Positions 1 to 13,100 of a stretch of 64,000 nucleotides of DNA are shown one piece after another. The position numbers and the translations under genes were made by a program. The DNA is from Trichoplax sp. H2 (taxonomy: Eukaryota). The notes under the pieces were generated by a model, which searched no databases, had not been told where the DNA came from, and worked only from the letters and a program-made list of their open reading frames with translations. Positions within the stretch are counted from its first letter, which is position 1. Each line of letters begins with the position of its first letter. The stretch is taken from assembly GCA_003344405.1 (NCBI GenBank), contig NOWV01000128.1, positions 124,001 through 188,000 of the forward strand. The letters run 5' to 3'.

Positions 1-510
1 TTAAATGACGAATGAATAAATATTGAGTATATATGGGAGAAAATGCGATTTAATTTCTTATTTAGCTGATTCTCAGACGGGTCTTAAAGATAGATTGTAC
101 AGTACTTATACGAATAAGTGACATTTGCTAGAGCTATTAATTGAATTTTTATACTCGCAATATATTTTTACTAAAGGCTAAATAAGTACTTGAAATCTAT
201 ATTGGTCAAAAGGTGAAGAAATCTGTTTGCACTTCAGAAGCTACATTAAGCCAAAAAATTGTAGAAATTAAAGCACTGTTAAGTGATTCTAGGATTTTAG
301 AATGTATCTTACAGATACTACACAAGCACTATAAACATTTGCAGAAACCCTCATTTCAGCTGGAAAACCTTGATAATATACTGGCTTGAGACTCTAGAAA
401 CTGTAAACTATAAACAAAATTTACTGCCTGTAAGTTTTTTAACTGCTCTTAAATTAACAATTAAATTGCAATTTTAGTGTAGCTAACATATTAGTAATTA
501 AAGCCCTTAC

Positions 511-647
511 CTAATACAAAAGGATATTCATCTTCTACGACAGTCTCTTCCATTTCGACTATATTCCAAGGTAGTGATAAAGCCGATGAATATTCTGTTG
601 CAAATAGGATAAAATGTAGGTCCGATAGTTTAATATCAGATGGTTTT
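511..647 (-). other. Isolated candidate coding exon of an unidentified gene or pseudogene
   Basis: Flanked by ctacAG and G|GTAAGG. One open frame (KPSDIKLSDLHFILFATEYSSALSLPWNIVEMEETVVEDEYPFVL). No convincing phase-compatible neighbouring exons were found. Confidence 0.3.
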
Positions 648-1118
648 CTGTAGCGGTGATTAATGGATTAAATGTAGAACTAAATTTATTCTAAAATAGC
701 CTAGTGTAAGATACACTGAGGGAACGAGATTGAATATTTTGAGCGAAATTGATAAATTATAAAAGTGTTATCTTGGTTTCAGGTTAGTGCTAGGCAAAAT
801 TAGATGGATAGCAATGTTGTATTTTTAAATAAACTCGACTAGTACGACATAAAGAATGAGGTTTTGCATTATTGCAGCTGTAATAAATCTATAGCTTAAA
901 TACGTAGGTTTATCTCTGTGGATCTTTAGCGATTCGTAGTAGATTTTCAAGTTTTTAATTCGGTTATTCCCTTGGAAAGCTTTAATCATAATTAAATGTT
1001 TCATAATACAATTACAAGGGAACATTATTTCCTATAAAAAGTGCTGACAGAGCTGAATCAATTTTTGAATTTGTCATGAACTTTCGAAATTATGGTGGGT
1101 AAAGAACTTAGGTCTAGT

Positions 1119-4100
1119 CTCGGATATAGAAGTAACTGTGATTAAAACCGAAGGTCGCGGAAAGCTTCCATTGCTTCATGATGATATTTCTATGGTCAGA
1201 CATCATAAGTAGTAAGAGTAATTGGACTATAATAAATTTGAACGTGTAATGATGTGAAAATTTTCATTTACAAACGTTGAGGTAATCGCAATTTGTTCCA
1301 TTGCAGAAATGCTGGTCATGTAGGTCAGTTTTCTAATCATACTTCGCTATCGAGTTAAAGAAAACAGAAATAATAGTTTTAATAATTTAATGAAGGTTAA
1401 TTTTTATAATTCTCCTTCAAGTGCTTGTATTGTACTTATTCTAGCATTAAAAATATGATTATTTGGTTGATTACAACAGAAGATTTTAGTTAGTATCTTG
1501 GTATATTGTAAATCCGACTGCTTTATTCGGGCAAGAATTTAAGATAATCGACAGCATGATTTTTTTTTACAATGAGATATTGTGAGGTTGTAGTTCAAAC
1601 GTTGTAATAGAATATATATGTGGCTAATTTTGATCATCAATTACAGTAAAAGTTAATGTCATTTTATGATTTCATGCTGTATGAAACCGAATGTTCGATA
1701 TGTGCTCTAATTAAGATTGTTGTTCTATCTTATCGTATACTGTAAAAATCTATAATTTTAAGTTAAACTACGATTATATTAATTTAGAAATTTCGGTAAT
1801 CTAGGGTATAATATATAATTAATGTGTATGCTTGATTGCTAGTTTAATTTGGAGTAATTTAGAACGATAATTGGATAGTTTAATGTCACCAGCTGCACTG
1901 CGTAGCACACAAAAGGTGGCGTAGTTCGATGGTTTAGTGAAGTTGAAGATAGAGAAGAGAACAAAAGTCTGGGATAATCATGAGTTATCTCATTAATTGG
2001 TAGTTTGGTTGATTTGTGATTTATGTAGAGTATACTTTTAAATACGGTATAGTTTATTTTTGGTAGAGTAAAAGTTAATATTCACTGCACTGTAGTATAA
2101 CTCAAAATATGCTATGTATTATCTGTAGTTAACAATTTACACTGTGGAAATCTCGTTATCCTCTGTTGGATTGGGTTGGATTATATTGCAGAACTACACT
2201 AACTAGAAGTAAGATGCGCGTATTCTTATTACTCAGCCGCATTTGTAAAGAATTTCCTCCTGCTGTGTTTCCTACATCATAAAAGCTATTTCAAGCATCT
2301 ATTTCGTTAAGTTAGTTCTACTAGTTACAAGGTAAGCTTGCGCGCGTTACCTATGCTACTTTACTATAATTATTCGACTAGTTCTCGCTAATATATCACG
2401 CTGTAAATGTACATGGTTATCCATCTCATACTAGCTACAATAAAGACTACTATTTACTAATTTATTTCTCTCAGAATTTTTTGTAATCATGATAAACACA
2501 TATTCTTCCGAAGCATCACAGTCAATGAGAATCTTTTAAAGTTACTTAGCAATTCAAGACAGATTGTCTGCTTAAGTTTTGTAATTTANNNNNNNNNNNN
2601 NNNNNNNNCTTGATACGTGGTTCAAGGAATTGACTTATTGATCGTATATTGCGTTATCTTGTTGCAAAGCTGTTTTGTGACACTCGGATATAGAAGTAAC
2701 TGTGATTAAAACCGAAGGTCGCGGAAAGCTTCCATTTTAATCTATTACTTCATGATGATATTTCTATGGTCAGACATCATAAGTAGTAAGAGTAATTGGA
2801 CTATAATAAATTTGAACGTGTAATGATGTGAAAATTTTCATTTACAAACGTTGAGGTAATCGCAATTTGTTCCACTGCAGAAATGCTGGTCATGTAGGTC
2901 AGTTTTCTAATCATACTTCGCTATCGAGTTAAAGAAAACAGAAATAATAGTTTTTATAATTTAATGAAAGTTAATTTTTATAATTCTCCTTCAAGTGCTT
3001 GTATTGTACTTATTCTAGCATTAAAAATATGATTATTTGGTTGATTACAACAGAAGATTTTAGTTAGTATCTTGGTATATTGTAAATCCGACTGCTTTAT
3101 TCGGGCAAGAATTTAAGATAATCGATAGCATGATTTTTTTAACAGTAAGATATCGTGAGATTATAATTCAAACGTTGTAATAGAGTATATATGTGGCTAA
3201 TTTTGATCATCGATTACAGTAAAAGTTAATGTCATTTTATGATTTCATGCTGTATGAAACCGAGTGTTCGATCTGTACTCTAATTAAGATTGTTGTTCTA
3301 TCTTATCGTATACTGTAAAAATCTATAATTTTTAAGTTAAACTACGATTATATTAATATATAATTAATGTGTGTGCTTGATTGCTAGTTTAATTTGGAGT
3401 AATGTAGAATGATAGTTGGATAGTTTAATGTCACCAACTGCACTGCGTAGCACATAAAAGGTGGCGTAGTTCGATGGTTTAGTGAAGTTGAAGATAGAGA
3501 AGAGAAGAACAGTTTGGGATAATCATGAGTTATCTCATTAATTGGTAGTTTGATTGATTTGTGATTTATGTAGAGTGTACTTTTAAATACGGTATAGTCT
3601 ATTTTTAGTAGAGTAAAAGTTAATATTCACTACACTGTAGTATAACTCAAAATATGCTATGTATTATCTGTAGCTAACAATTTACACTGTGGAAATCTCG
3701 TTATACTCTGTTGGGTTGGATTATATTGCAGAGCTACGCTAACTAGAAGTAAGATACACGTATTCTTATTACTCAGCCGCATTTGTTAAGAATTTCCTCC
3801 TGCTGTGTTTCCTACATCATAAAAGCTATTTCAAGCATCTATTTCGTTAAGTTAGTTCTACTAGTTACAAGGTAAGCTTGCGCGCGTTATCTATGCTACT
3901 TTACTATGGTTATTCGACTAGTTCTCGCTAATATATCACGCTGTAAACGTACATGGTTATCCATCTCATACTAGCTACAATAAAGACTACTATCCACTAA
4001 TTTATTTCTCTCAGAATTTTTTGTAATCATGATAAACACATAATCTTCCGAAGCATCACAGTCAATGAGAATCTTTTAAAGTTACTTAGCAATTCAAGAC

Positions 4101-4128
4101 AGATTGTCTGCTTAAGTTTTGTAATTTA
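1119..4128. repeat. ~1.45 kb near-identical direct duplication (1119-2588 and 2683-4128) across an N gap
   Basis: Both copies begin CTCGGATATAGAAGTAACTGTG and end AAGTTTTGTAATTTA, with scattered SNPs and small indels. Copy 1 stops exactly at the gap. Confidence 0.95.
2589..2608. other. Assembly gap (20 N)
   Basis: Run of N. Confidence 1.
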
Positions 4129-4905
4129 ACTAGTATATTTTTTTTCACAACTTGAAAACATCAAAACAAAATCCTGTCTCACAGTGTATGTTACTAATTT
4201 TACTAAACTAATTTATTAATCATACCAGAATTGGAAAATAGCTTTGCAGTTTTAGCAGTCCGGAAGACTACCAGTTTGAAATTTTCTAGAGATGAATGAA
4301 TAAATAATGGAGCCCGTGGTAAACTTAGATGGAAAATATTTAGGACAATGGTCAGATATTAGTGCATGTACATCAGTTGGATCTTTATAGATCTAACATA
4401 GAATTACACTAGTTTAAAGAGGCGCTACTTGCAAGAATTACTATTCAACTCTTCATTATATGAACTTATAATATATTATTAGCATGACAATTAAGAAATT
4501 TTATTTCCATTACTCAGAATCAATAACAATGCATTCGAAAATAATGATGTGAGTTTGCAATAGGAAATATAATCATAAAACCCGTTACTTTTTGCTTACG
4601 ATTGAGCACAGCAGAAATAATATTTGCGTCGATTAAGAACACTTGATAGCCCAATTTCGAATTCCTTTCGTCATTATTCGTGATATTTCTGTAGTATTAA
4701 AATTCCTAGTAGCCTGCAGACTTAGAATATCATTGCATGGAACACCAATACTGCGGTTGGCTAGAAACCCTCATCGAAAGCGTAGTTCCTTGATAGTATG
4801 TTGTCTGGTATACTAAGTGTAAATTTACTGCTGTAGTAGGTTATGTATCGTAGATATTTTTAGTGGCTATACTAGCAAATACCCATCGTGGTCAATATAT
4901 TTCTG

Positions 4906-6280
4906 ATGGTTTCTTTGCCATTATTAGCCACAATTTACAACTGCTTTATTCACCACAGAGGATTATTCTACATCACATAATACTTACCACAAGTTTACTA
5001 GAAAATTTTCTTTGCGTTAAGAGAAAATAATCTTGATGTTGATGATAACTTCATTAGGTAAGTATACCAAGCCTACTATGGTAATTTATATACTGCTTAT
5101 CTAACGAATACATTATACTTTACACATTCGCTGATTGGAACCTTTATTTTAGAGATTATAATAAAATTCCTAGTAGCTTTTGAAATTAGTAAATAAATAC
5201 GCCGATATCAATTATTTCATTACTTGATTGATAGCTTAATAGTTAATTCTTTAAAATCTTTTTCAGTATAAAATACTGCAATACTTACTGAATTATTTGA
5301 AGAAGAGCTCGGAAAAATGATAAGAAGTAAAGTTGACTGTTACCAAATGTTGCACCTAAATGATTTATTAGTTCTGTCAAAGGTCTTTTCAATAGTAGTT
5401 ATATTCAACACCACTATTACTATTAATAGCGGAACCCTCTAATGGAGATTTAAAAATTGGTAATTTTCTGCAAACTTTGGAAATTTGAGATATAATTCTA
5501 TATAGAACTCCACCACAGCATTTAAGATTAAGACGTTACATGGTGACCACCACTAGTAATGAAAGAAGGCTTACTGTGACAAATAATCCGATATGAATTA
5601 TTCATTTCCGGATATATTCGTAGATGTGGCCCTGTCATGTACTGTAATTCTGCAGAATGAATGTTTTTAGACATAATACCTAAGTGTTTATGGTTTCCAA
5701 TTACATTTACTAAATAAANNNNNNNNNNNNNNNNNNNNGATGGTTTCTTTGCCATTATTAGCCACAATTTACAACTGCTTTATTCACCACAGAGGATTAT
5801 TCTACATCACATAATACTTACCACAAGTTTACTAGAAAATTTTCTTTGCGTTAAGAGAAAATAATCTTGATGTTGATGATAAATTCATTAGGTAAGTATA
5901 CCAAGCCTACTATGGTAATTCATATACTGCTTATCTAACGAATACATTATACTTTACACATTCGCTGATTGGAACCTTTATTTTAGAGATTATAATAAAA
6001 TTCCTAGTAGCTTGGGTATTGGTAATTTTCTGCAAACTTTGGAAATTTGAGATATAATTCTATATAGAACTCCACCACAGCATTTAAGATTAAGGACGTT
6101 ACATGGTGGCCACCACTAGTAATGAAAGAAGGCTTACTGTGACAAATAATCCGATATGAATTATTCATTTCCGGATATATTCGTAGATGTGGCCCTGTCA
6201 TGTACTGTAATTCTGCAGAATGAATGTTTTTAGACATAATACCTAAGTGTTTATGGTTTCCAATTACATTTACTAAATAA
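4906..6280. repeat. Direct duplication (4906-5718 and 5739-6280) across an N gap, with a ~275 bp indel
   Basis: Both copies start GATGGTTTCTTTGCC and end TTTACTAAATAA. The segment ~5180-5455 is absent from copy 2. Confidence 0.95.
5719..5738. other. Assembly gap (20 N)
   Basis: Run of N. Confidence 1.
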
Positions 6281-8582
6281 AAAATACTTGCAAAATCAGT
6301 AAAGGTACAGTAACAAAACGCTCATCTAGAGACTAATGATAAAATAGTGTTACTGTTAATTATTAATAACATGGATGCAAAAATTGATCAGACATCATAA
6401 ATTTTGATAATAAGACTAGATTTAGTATAGCTTAGCATGATACTTAAGGTTCAGCAGAACCTCTTCTGAAGAACTTCAATGACCTCTGTAGAGATAGCGA
6501 TCGTTACTATTTATAATATTTCACTGTCATTATTTTCATGCTAAATCACTGTAAGAGATTATTATCGGTCACATAATTAGCTATCTTGACAGTTTCGTAA
6601 TCCCTAGAGATATCCAAAGTGGAAAATATTGATTATTATTGACATTTTGTTTACAATTGAATCGGTCTTGAGCAACAATCTTCAGATTTGCTTCAAATAG
6701 TATTGATGTTAAAAAAATACTCAAACAGGGATATGATAATCCCACGAGAGAATTGTAGTCAAAAATTCTACTTGTTATAAAGTTAGGTTCAAAGAATATA
6801 ATAATGAATTTAATCTAAGTAATTTTAGGCATGCTTACACATCATGATATATTATGGTCTATAACAGCACTGGCTTGGAGATACGGCAAAAACATTGTAG
6901 TAGGCCTTCAAGTTTAAAAATCCGTAACTTATTTTTAGTTTTAAATTAAACGATACTAGGTTTTCCCTTATTAAAACAGTATTACCGTAGTAGGACAATA
7001 CTTTGAAAGCTAAGCATCCCGCAGACAATCGCCTTCCCCACAAGTCTTTTCTCTGTATCTCGCTGGTCCCAAGGGAATTCTGTTTTTATAGGAGATGGCC
7101 TTCCGATACGACTTGTTTAAGAATGTCCAATCAGTAAAATATATTGCGAAAGCTATAACCACCAATCGTTAGAAAGAGTCAGTCTCACTTATTTGCTACC
7201 ACGACGCAAAATTGGACTCAAGCTTCCTCGCTAAGTTTCAGACCCAGCTTTTGACATTTTCAGGGTAAAACGCTTACAGTTAAATTATTTTATGTAAGTA
7301 CAGTATATCGTAAATGGAAGAATGCAGATTTAGTGCTTTAGGACTTGTATATTGTAATATTAATAGTGGATGAAAAATAATTTAAAACCCGACATTGCTT
7401 TAACTAGTAGCCACTTCGAATACTAACTAAGGAAAAACACTAGATTATTGTAATTTTAACAAAAATTTACGAAAATTACTGAAAGTAATACAGAAAGGTA
7501 CAATAATTGCCTTAGCCAATCAAGACATGAGAAAATGAAGATTAGTCATGATTTAGGAGTAACCAACATTTTAGCATTATATCTTCGGTATTCTCTACAA
7601 TTTCAACTACTTGACTATTGATCTATCGAATTGTAACCCTTTTTTCATGCTGCACAGAGCAATTAGTGAAATCAGACTAAAAAATTGTCTATCTGAAGAA
7701 TTCTAAGTTAAACTAATAGTTATAATTAATCTCCTAGATTTTAAGATTGACTTTATCCTATATTTTCAACACTACTGAATTAATACTAGTCACATTTGAA
7801 CCATAAATTAAGTCTTTCTACAGCATACAGCTTACAACTTAAAAAATGAAACAGAATAGCATCCCAAGTTTGAATCTAGATCAAGCATTTGAATTCACAT
7901 CGGATTCTGTGATAAAGTCTACAACTTCTACCATAATTTCTGATCAACAGTCACTACAGATTTTATCTTAATTGAAGCTAAAATATCGTAGATACTAAAT
8001 AACCTAGCGGTTAAATGACAATTTTATAACATAATGCTTATCAAAAATTATACTATCAAAATATTACTTAATTAGAAGCCAAATAAAGTAGTAGGTTTTA
8101 CCTTATGCTCAATTAATAAACGAAATCTAATAAAATTAAACTTCGGTAAATTAGTTACTTATAAATCCACAGTATCTATTTTAAAGAATATGGTACTTAT
8201 CTACCAGCCAGAGGACTTTTACACAGAGCTACTCGATATCAAATCTTTACACTTAAATCTTAGGAATAAGACAGTGCTCCGTTGATAATACCCTGAAATA
8301 GCTACGCAAGAATTAAGGAACAACTTTACGATTTATACTGTGCTAAGTTCACTGTATTCCTATGGGTGTAACACGTATTTTGATCAGTAGCAAATAGAAA
8401 CGATCCGCTAGTCAATCGTTTACCGCTGCAAATCGTGAAAACGTTCGAATACAATCTTCACTGTGCTGTTTCTTTGTATAGTCTGTCATATCGTTCGTTA
8501 TAATAACGAAGCAACATTTTTATTGCTGCTACTATCGCGGCAAATTCTTATTTCTGTCAAATTCTATTTACCCCTCATAGCA

Positions 8583-10131
8583 ATGAAAACTGAACTTATT
8601 ATAATTGCCACTCTCATTCTGATCGTTGCATCAGCAGCCAGTGAGGGTGAAGAATTTGATGATAAACATATCACAGAATTGCTTGATGAACAAGACCCTT
8701 TTTATTTGGAGGAGATGGATATAATCGATACTGACGCAGACGGAAATGATATGGTACCTGAGGTATTTAAAAACTGTTCACTATACTTGTTTTGTGTATC
8801 CTTTGAACAATTATTTCAAGATAAATTAACTAGCTACTCTTTTCAGTCTAAACTTAGTTTGTAGTCACTCTGAAGTGCGTACTTTGGTACAGAATCTTAA
8901 CCCAAAGTGGAGTGTCTATCGATAACATAAATGATTAAAAAATTTGTCTGTTTACATTATATTGTATCTTTCTATATTCGAAATCATTAAAAGCGAGTTA
9001 GGATCAAGATATTGTTAAATATAAAATTTTTAGAACTGATGCTATTTTAAATTTTCTATTCCTTATTATGCGACATATGGCGCCCATATCGTGCCCGTAA
9101 TTATATCACTTCAGTCGAACTTCGTAAGTATGACATAATCATCTATTTAAATCAATTCTATTTAAAAGTTTTATTTGTGCAATGGTGATACTTTTAATTT
9201 GGTCTAGTATCAAAGACTGATATTATAGCATATATTGTAGAGAAGTTTTACAGTACGAAAATATTACATATACGTATTAAGAACTAATTTTATTATAAAT
9301 TTTTCTTTCATTCATACTCTATGCTGTCATTATAACCTTTCTGATGATGACTTGCTTACAAGGCTGTAAGTCTAACAAAATCATCTACGATTTTAATTAC
9401 TTAACACCTTTACGCGTAAATAAATTTCTTTATTATGATTTCGACATATCTAAATATCATCAAAAATGAAACATATAAATGATAGTGTGTAACGTATACC
9501 TAGCTTTATTACAAGATATGGTTAAATCTTAATTTAAGAACTGATGTTTTTATACAAATTTTATTCGTCTCTTCTATATGACATCAACAATATGGTTTCA
9601 ATCATCATTACAAATGCAGCCTGTAAGTTTAGGATATTTATATACATTTTCAATTTAAGTAGTATTATAAATTAATTTCTTTTATATATCTTGATATCAC
9701 TAATATCATCAAACATCAAATATCTTACTTAAAATGATGGATTATATCATAGCTTAACTTTGTAATAAAATAGTATTTAACATTAAATTTAAGAACTGAT
9801 TTGATTATACAATTTTTTTCTTATATACCCTATGCAATATTGATATCATGAAATTTAATCATCATTTCCATTGTAGCCGGTAAGTTCGTCCTAATCATGT
9901 ATAATTTTCTCTGTATAATCGTTTGATCAAACATTTTATTTCTTATTTCGATTTCACATAATCTCTTAAATCTTTAAAACACTGAAATAATAGTAAGCAT
10001 CATAAATCAGTTTTATTACAAAATAATGTTAAATCTAAATTTAGCAGCAGATTTGTTAATTAGCATAGCAAATTTATAATTCATTTTGTGTACTAACAAT
10101 AGCATCACTATCCTCTACGTAGATCAGATAA
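8583..10131 (+). CDS. Small secreted prepropeptide (signal peptide plus acidic pro-region) with a microexon-encoded C-terminus
   Basis: Exon 1 (8583-8762) encodes MKTELIIIATLILIVASAASEGEEFDDKHITELLDEQDPFYLEEMDIIDTDADGNDMVPE, then GAG|GTATTT. Microexons: 9115-9123 TCGAACTTC, 9363-9365 GCT, 9620-9622 CCT, 9877-9879 CCG, each AG...GTAAGT. The last exon starts at 10123 after TACTAAC. The simplest splice gives ...MVPE-SNF-A-P-P-IR*. The C-terminal frame is uncertain. Confidence 0.7.
8990..10122 (+). repeat. Degenerate ~250 bp tandem repeat of intron-plus-microexon units (about 5 units)
   Basis: Recurring blocks AAATTTAAGAACTGAT, TTATACAAATTT and GTAAGT..AATCAT. Acceptors are spaced 248, 257, 257 and 246 nt apart. 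Confidence 0.85.
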
Positions 10132-13100
10132 TGAATTATCTTGCTTACTTTATAGTATATTGATTTACAGATATGGGTAGAGTTGATGGACATCTGATTT
10201 CTAATTCTTGATAAGCGACTTTCGTCGCGACAAATTCACGGAATTATTTCTAATGTAGCGTGTGTACAATCTAAAGCTAAATCGTGAAATGCAACCATAA
10301 TAATTTTTTCGATTATTTTAAAATGCTTGCGAATTCAAAACAAAAACGTAACAAACTGTATTGGAAAAAGTGGGTAAAGTCCAGCTATAAATCGGTTAGG
10401 AACTATACTGAATGTGTAATGTCTTTAAATTTATGAGTAGGTTTATAAATGTCTTACAGATCAGTATTTACTATACCGCTTGAACTTTGCCAGTATAATC
10501 TTCAGTTTTTTAAAGCAAATTTCATACACGCTATGTCTATATAGGTAGCAAACATGCATTATTTAATTATGAACAATTGTATAAAACCAGATAACATTTT
10601 TGGATAAAATTCTTTAATTTATCGCATACCCGAGACCTATCATATAATGATACGGTTGTACGATTTTTTTCAACAAGACGCATACTAATAACTTCTACTT
10701 CATTAATAATCTGTATCAAATTGATTAGAATGATAAGAAATGAAAAACCCATGCTATGTGGTAAGAAATTTACTTTGCTATATTTTCTATTTATTATCAA
10801 TGAAACTCCAGTACCTTTTCTATCAAAGAGGGTGGCTTATCTTTATTCAGTTTATGAGTACATCAAAATATTTGTAATTAATATTGTTAAACAGATAAAA
10901 AAATTCAGATTTTCTACTATTTTAAAATATAAATTATTCACTGCCGTTGCATACAGTTTTTAATTAAAATGAACTAAAATCAAGAATAACAATTTAAGAG
11001 CTGATGATAGCTGTATCATTGTTAGTAATGCCATTCTTAACGAACTACTTAGGTATGAACAGCAATCTATTTGCCTGCAACAAAGTAATAGATTATTAAA
11101 GAGCGAACGAGATTGGAGATGATAGAAATATGAAGGGCTTCAGAATTGCAAGAGAATCATGACATAAAGCGGGCGGTAGTTAATAGGAAGTAGAAGCATG
11201 CTTTCTCTTACCATATGCTCATAATAAGAATTAGCTAGCATAGATGGATATAAATATAATAGTAGAATTGTAGGCAATCGTAAAAGCGATTAGAATTCAA
11301 TACTTTTAGTAAAGGTTCTAAGTAAAATCACCTCTACGTAGTTTCTGCTTTCATAGATTTTTACTTTCGTGAATGTAAGATTGTGAAGCTAAAATAAAGT
11401 GAACTTTTGAAATAAAGTAATACTGGGTAAAAGTTTGTATTATCTTGTACAAAACAAAATATAATCTACTGGATGCAATTGATCTTTACTATTCTGTCCT
11501 ATGGATTGCGTTTACCTAACTAATAAAATCATAACAAGGACAATTTCTAAATTGGATTTCTACCGGAAGTATTTTTACCAATGTTCGTTTATTTTAAATT
11601 TAAGAGATCTTCTTTCAACTTCATATAAATTTATCACTCCTAATGTTAATCGAATTTATGCTTGCCAAAAGTTCCAATAAGTTGTCGTTACTTTCGGTCT
11701 ATCTTAACCTTAAATTTAACGTAACTATTCTGATTCAGTCTATTGAGCAACAATTCCCTCTTATTTATAATTATTAGCAAAAAATGATATATTCATAATT
11801 GTTATCGTAAGTGCAGCATGTAATTTTGACATAGAATATACAAAAATTCGTAAATTTGGAGTTGGTAAAAATAATGAGCCGTCTTAGTACTACTTATTTA
11901 CTCGGAATAAATATGCACTTTTGAGCTATTAGGTTTTATTATGTTATATTCCTAAAATTAAATCTATTTTAAAGATAAATCATTGCAAAATTCGGCAAGA
12001 GTTAGATGTAACAGCACTTATTGCAGGTGCATCATTTTTGTAACAATCAGTTTTAAGGAAATATCGGTTTGAAATCCTTGAAGCTATTGAATGCTAACTA
12101 AAGTCATCGTAAACACTGTAGCAATAATAATTTAAAATACTGTATCAATTCTAGTTATCACTGGAAAAGGTACAAATATGTTAAATTTTATATCAATTAT
12201 TCTTTCGAACGAAAATATGATACGACAAATCATATGATTGAGATAGCTAAAGGAAAATATTTAAGAGGGAAATTTCTTAATACTTACTATAAACGAAGTT
12301 ATTCGGTTTCGGTAGAGGATTTTAGAAATATCGTTTATTAGTGTCTAGTTTATCTTATCTTAATATGAGTACTTTTTTATCATAATTAAAGTCTCGCTTC
12401 ATAAACAGCACTAAATTTAATAAAGGAGTAAATATAAGACCATACTGTATTAACTCTATTACATAAACAACTATAAAATACATAGCCCGCATGCGCTCTT
12501 TCATTTGCAAGATGCAAGGCTAGCGAACACTAAGCCACTTCTTTACACTTACTAACTTGATTTTAAACGTAAATATTGTGCAATAGCTAAATAACTTACT
12601 AAGTTGACATGCAGCATCTTTATAACCTTATTCATTTGAAAATCTAGGAAATTTCTTTAAAAATAATTTCTCGATGTTACGATCATACCAATCATATCAA
12701 ATTTTGAAAATTCTACCATAATTACTCAAATAGTCTGCAAAGGTATACGCTGAAAAGCTTTCAGTAAGTATGCGTCCAAGATCATTCCATTTATAACGCA
12801 AGCTTTTAGCCGCTGCACGAAAATATTCTAGAGGATCTTTAAAGTAATTCTCAGTAAAAAGATTGACTTAAAGTACCTAATAATTAGAACGCTCTTACAC
12901 ATTGTAACAATCGTACAAAAATACCATCTTTTAATAGCAATCTGCTCAGAAATACTCCAAATTATTTTATCCAAAAATCCCGCGGATGGAAGTGTGAATC
13001 TGTTAATTTTATCTAGCTGTTCTATGCCTAACATGCATCAGTCTAGAACGACACTTAAAATTGATAGTAAGCCTCGATAGCATCATTTTTACTTTAACTT

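Noticed and set aside
7091-7265. Exon-like, GC-richer stretch
   Set aside because: Stops interrupt the plausible frames, and no partner exons were found.
9034-9123. Repeat units read as ~90-nt coding exons starting at AG|AACTGAT
   Set aside because: Unit 1 has stops in all three frames. The later AG next to GTAAGT explains the pattern better.
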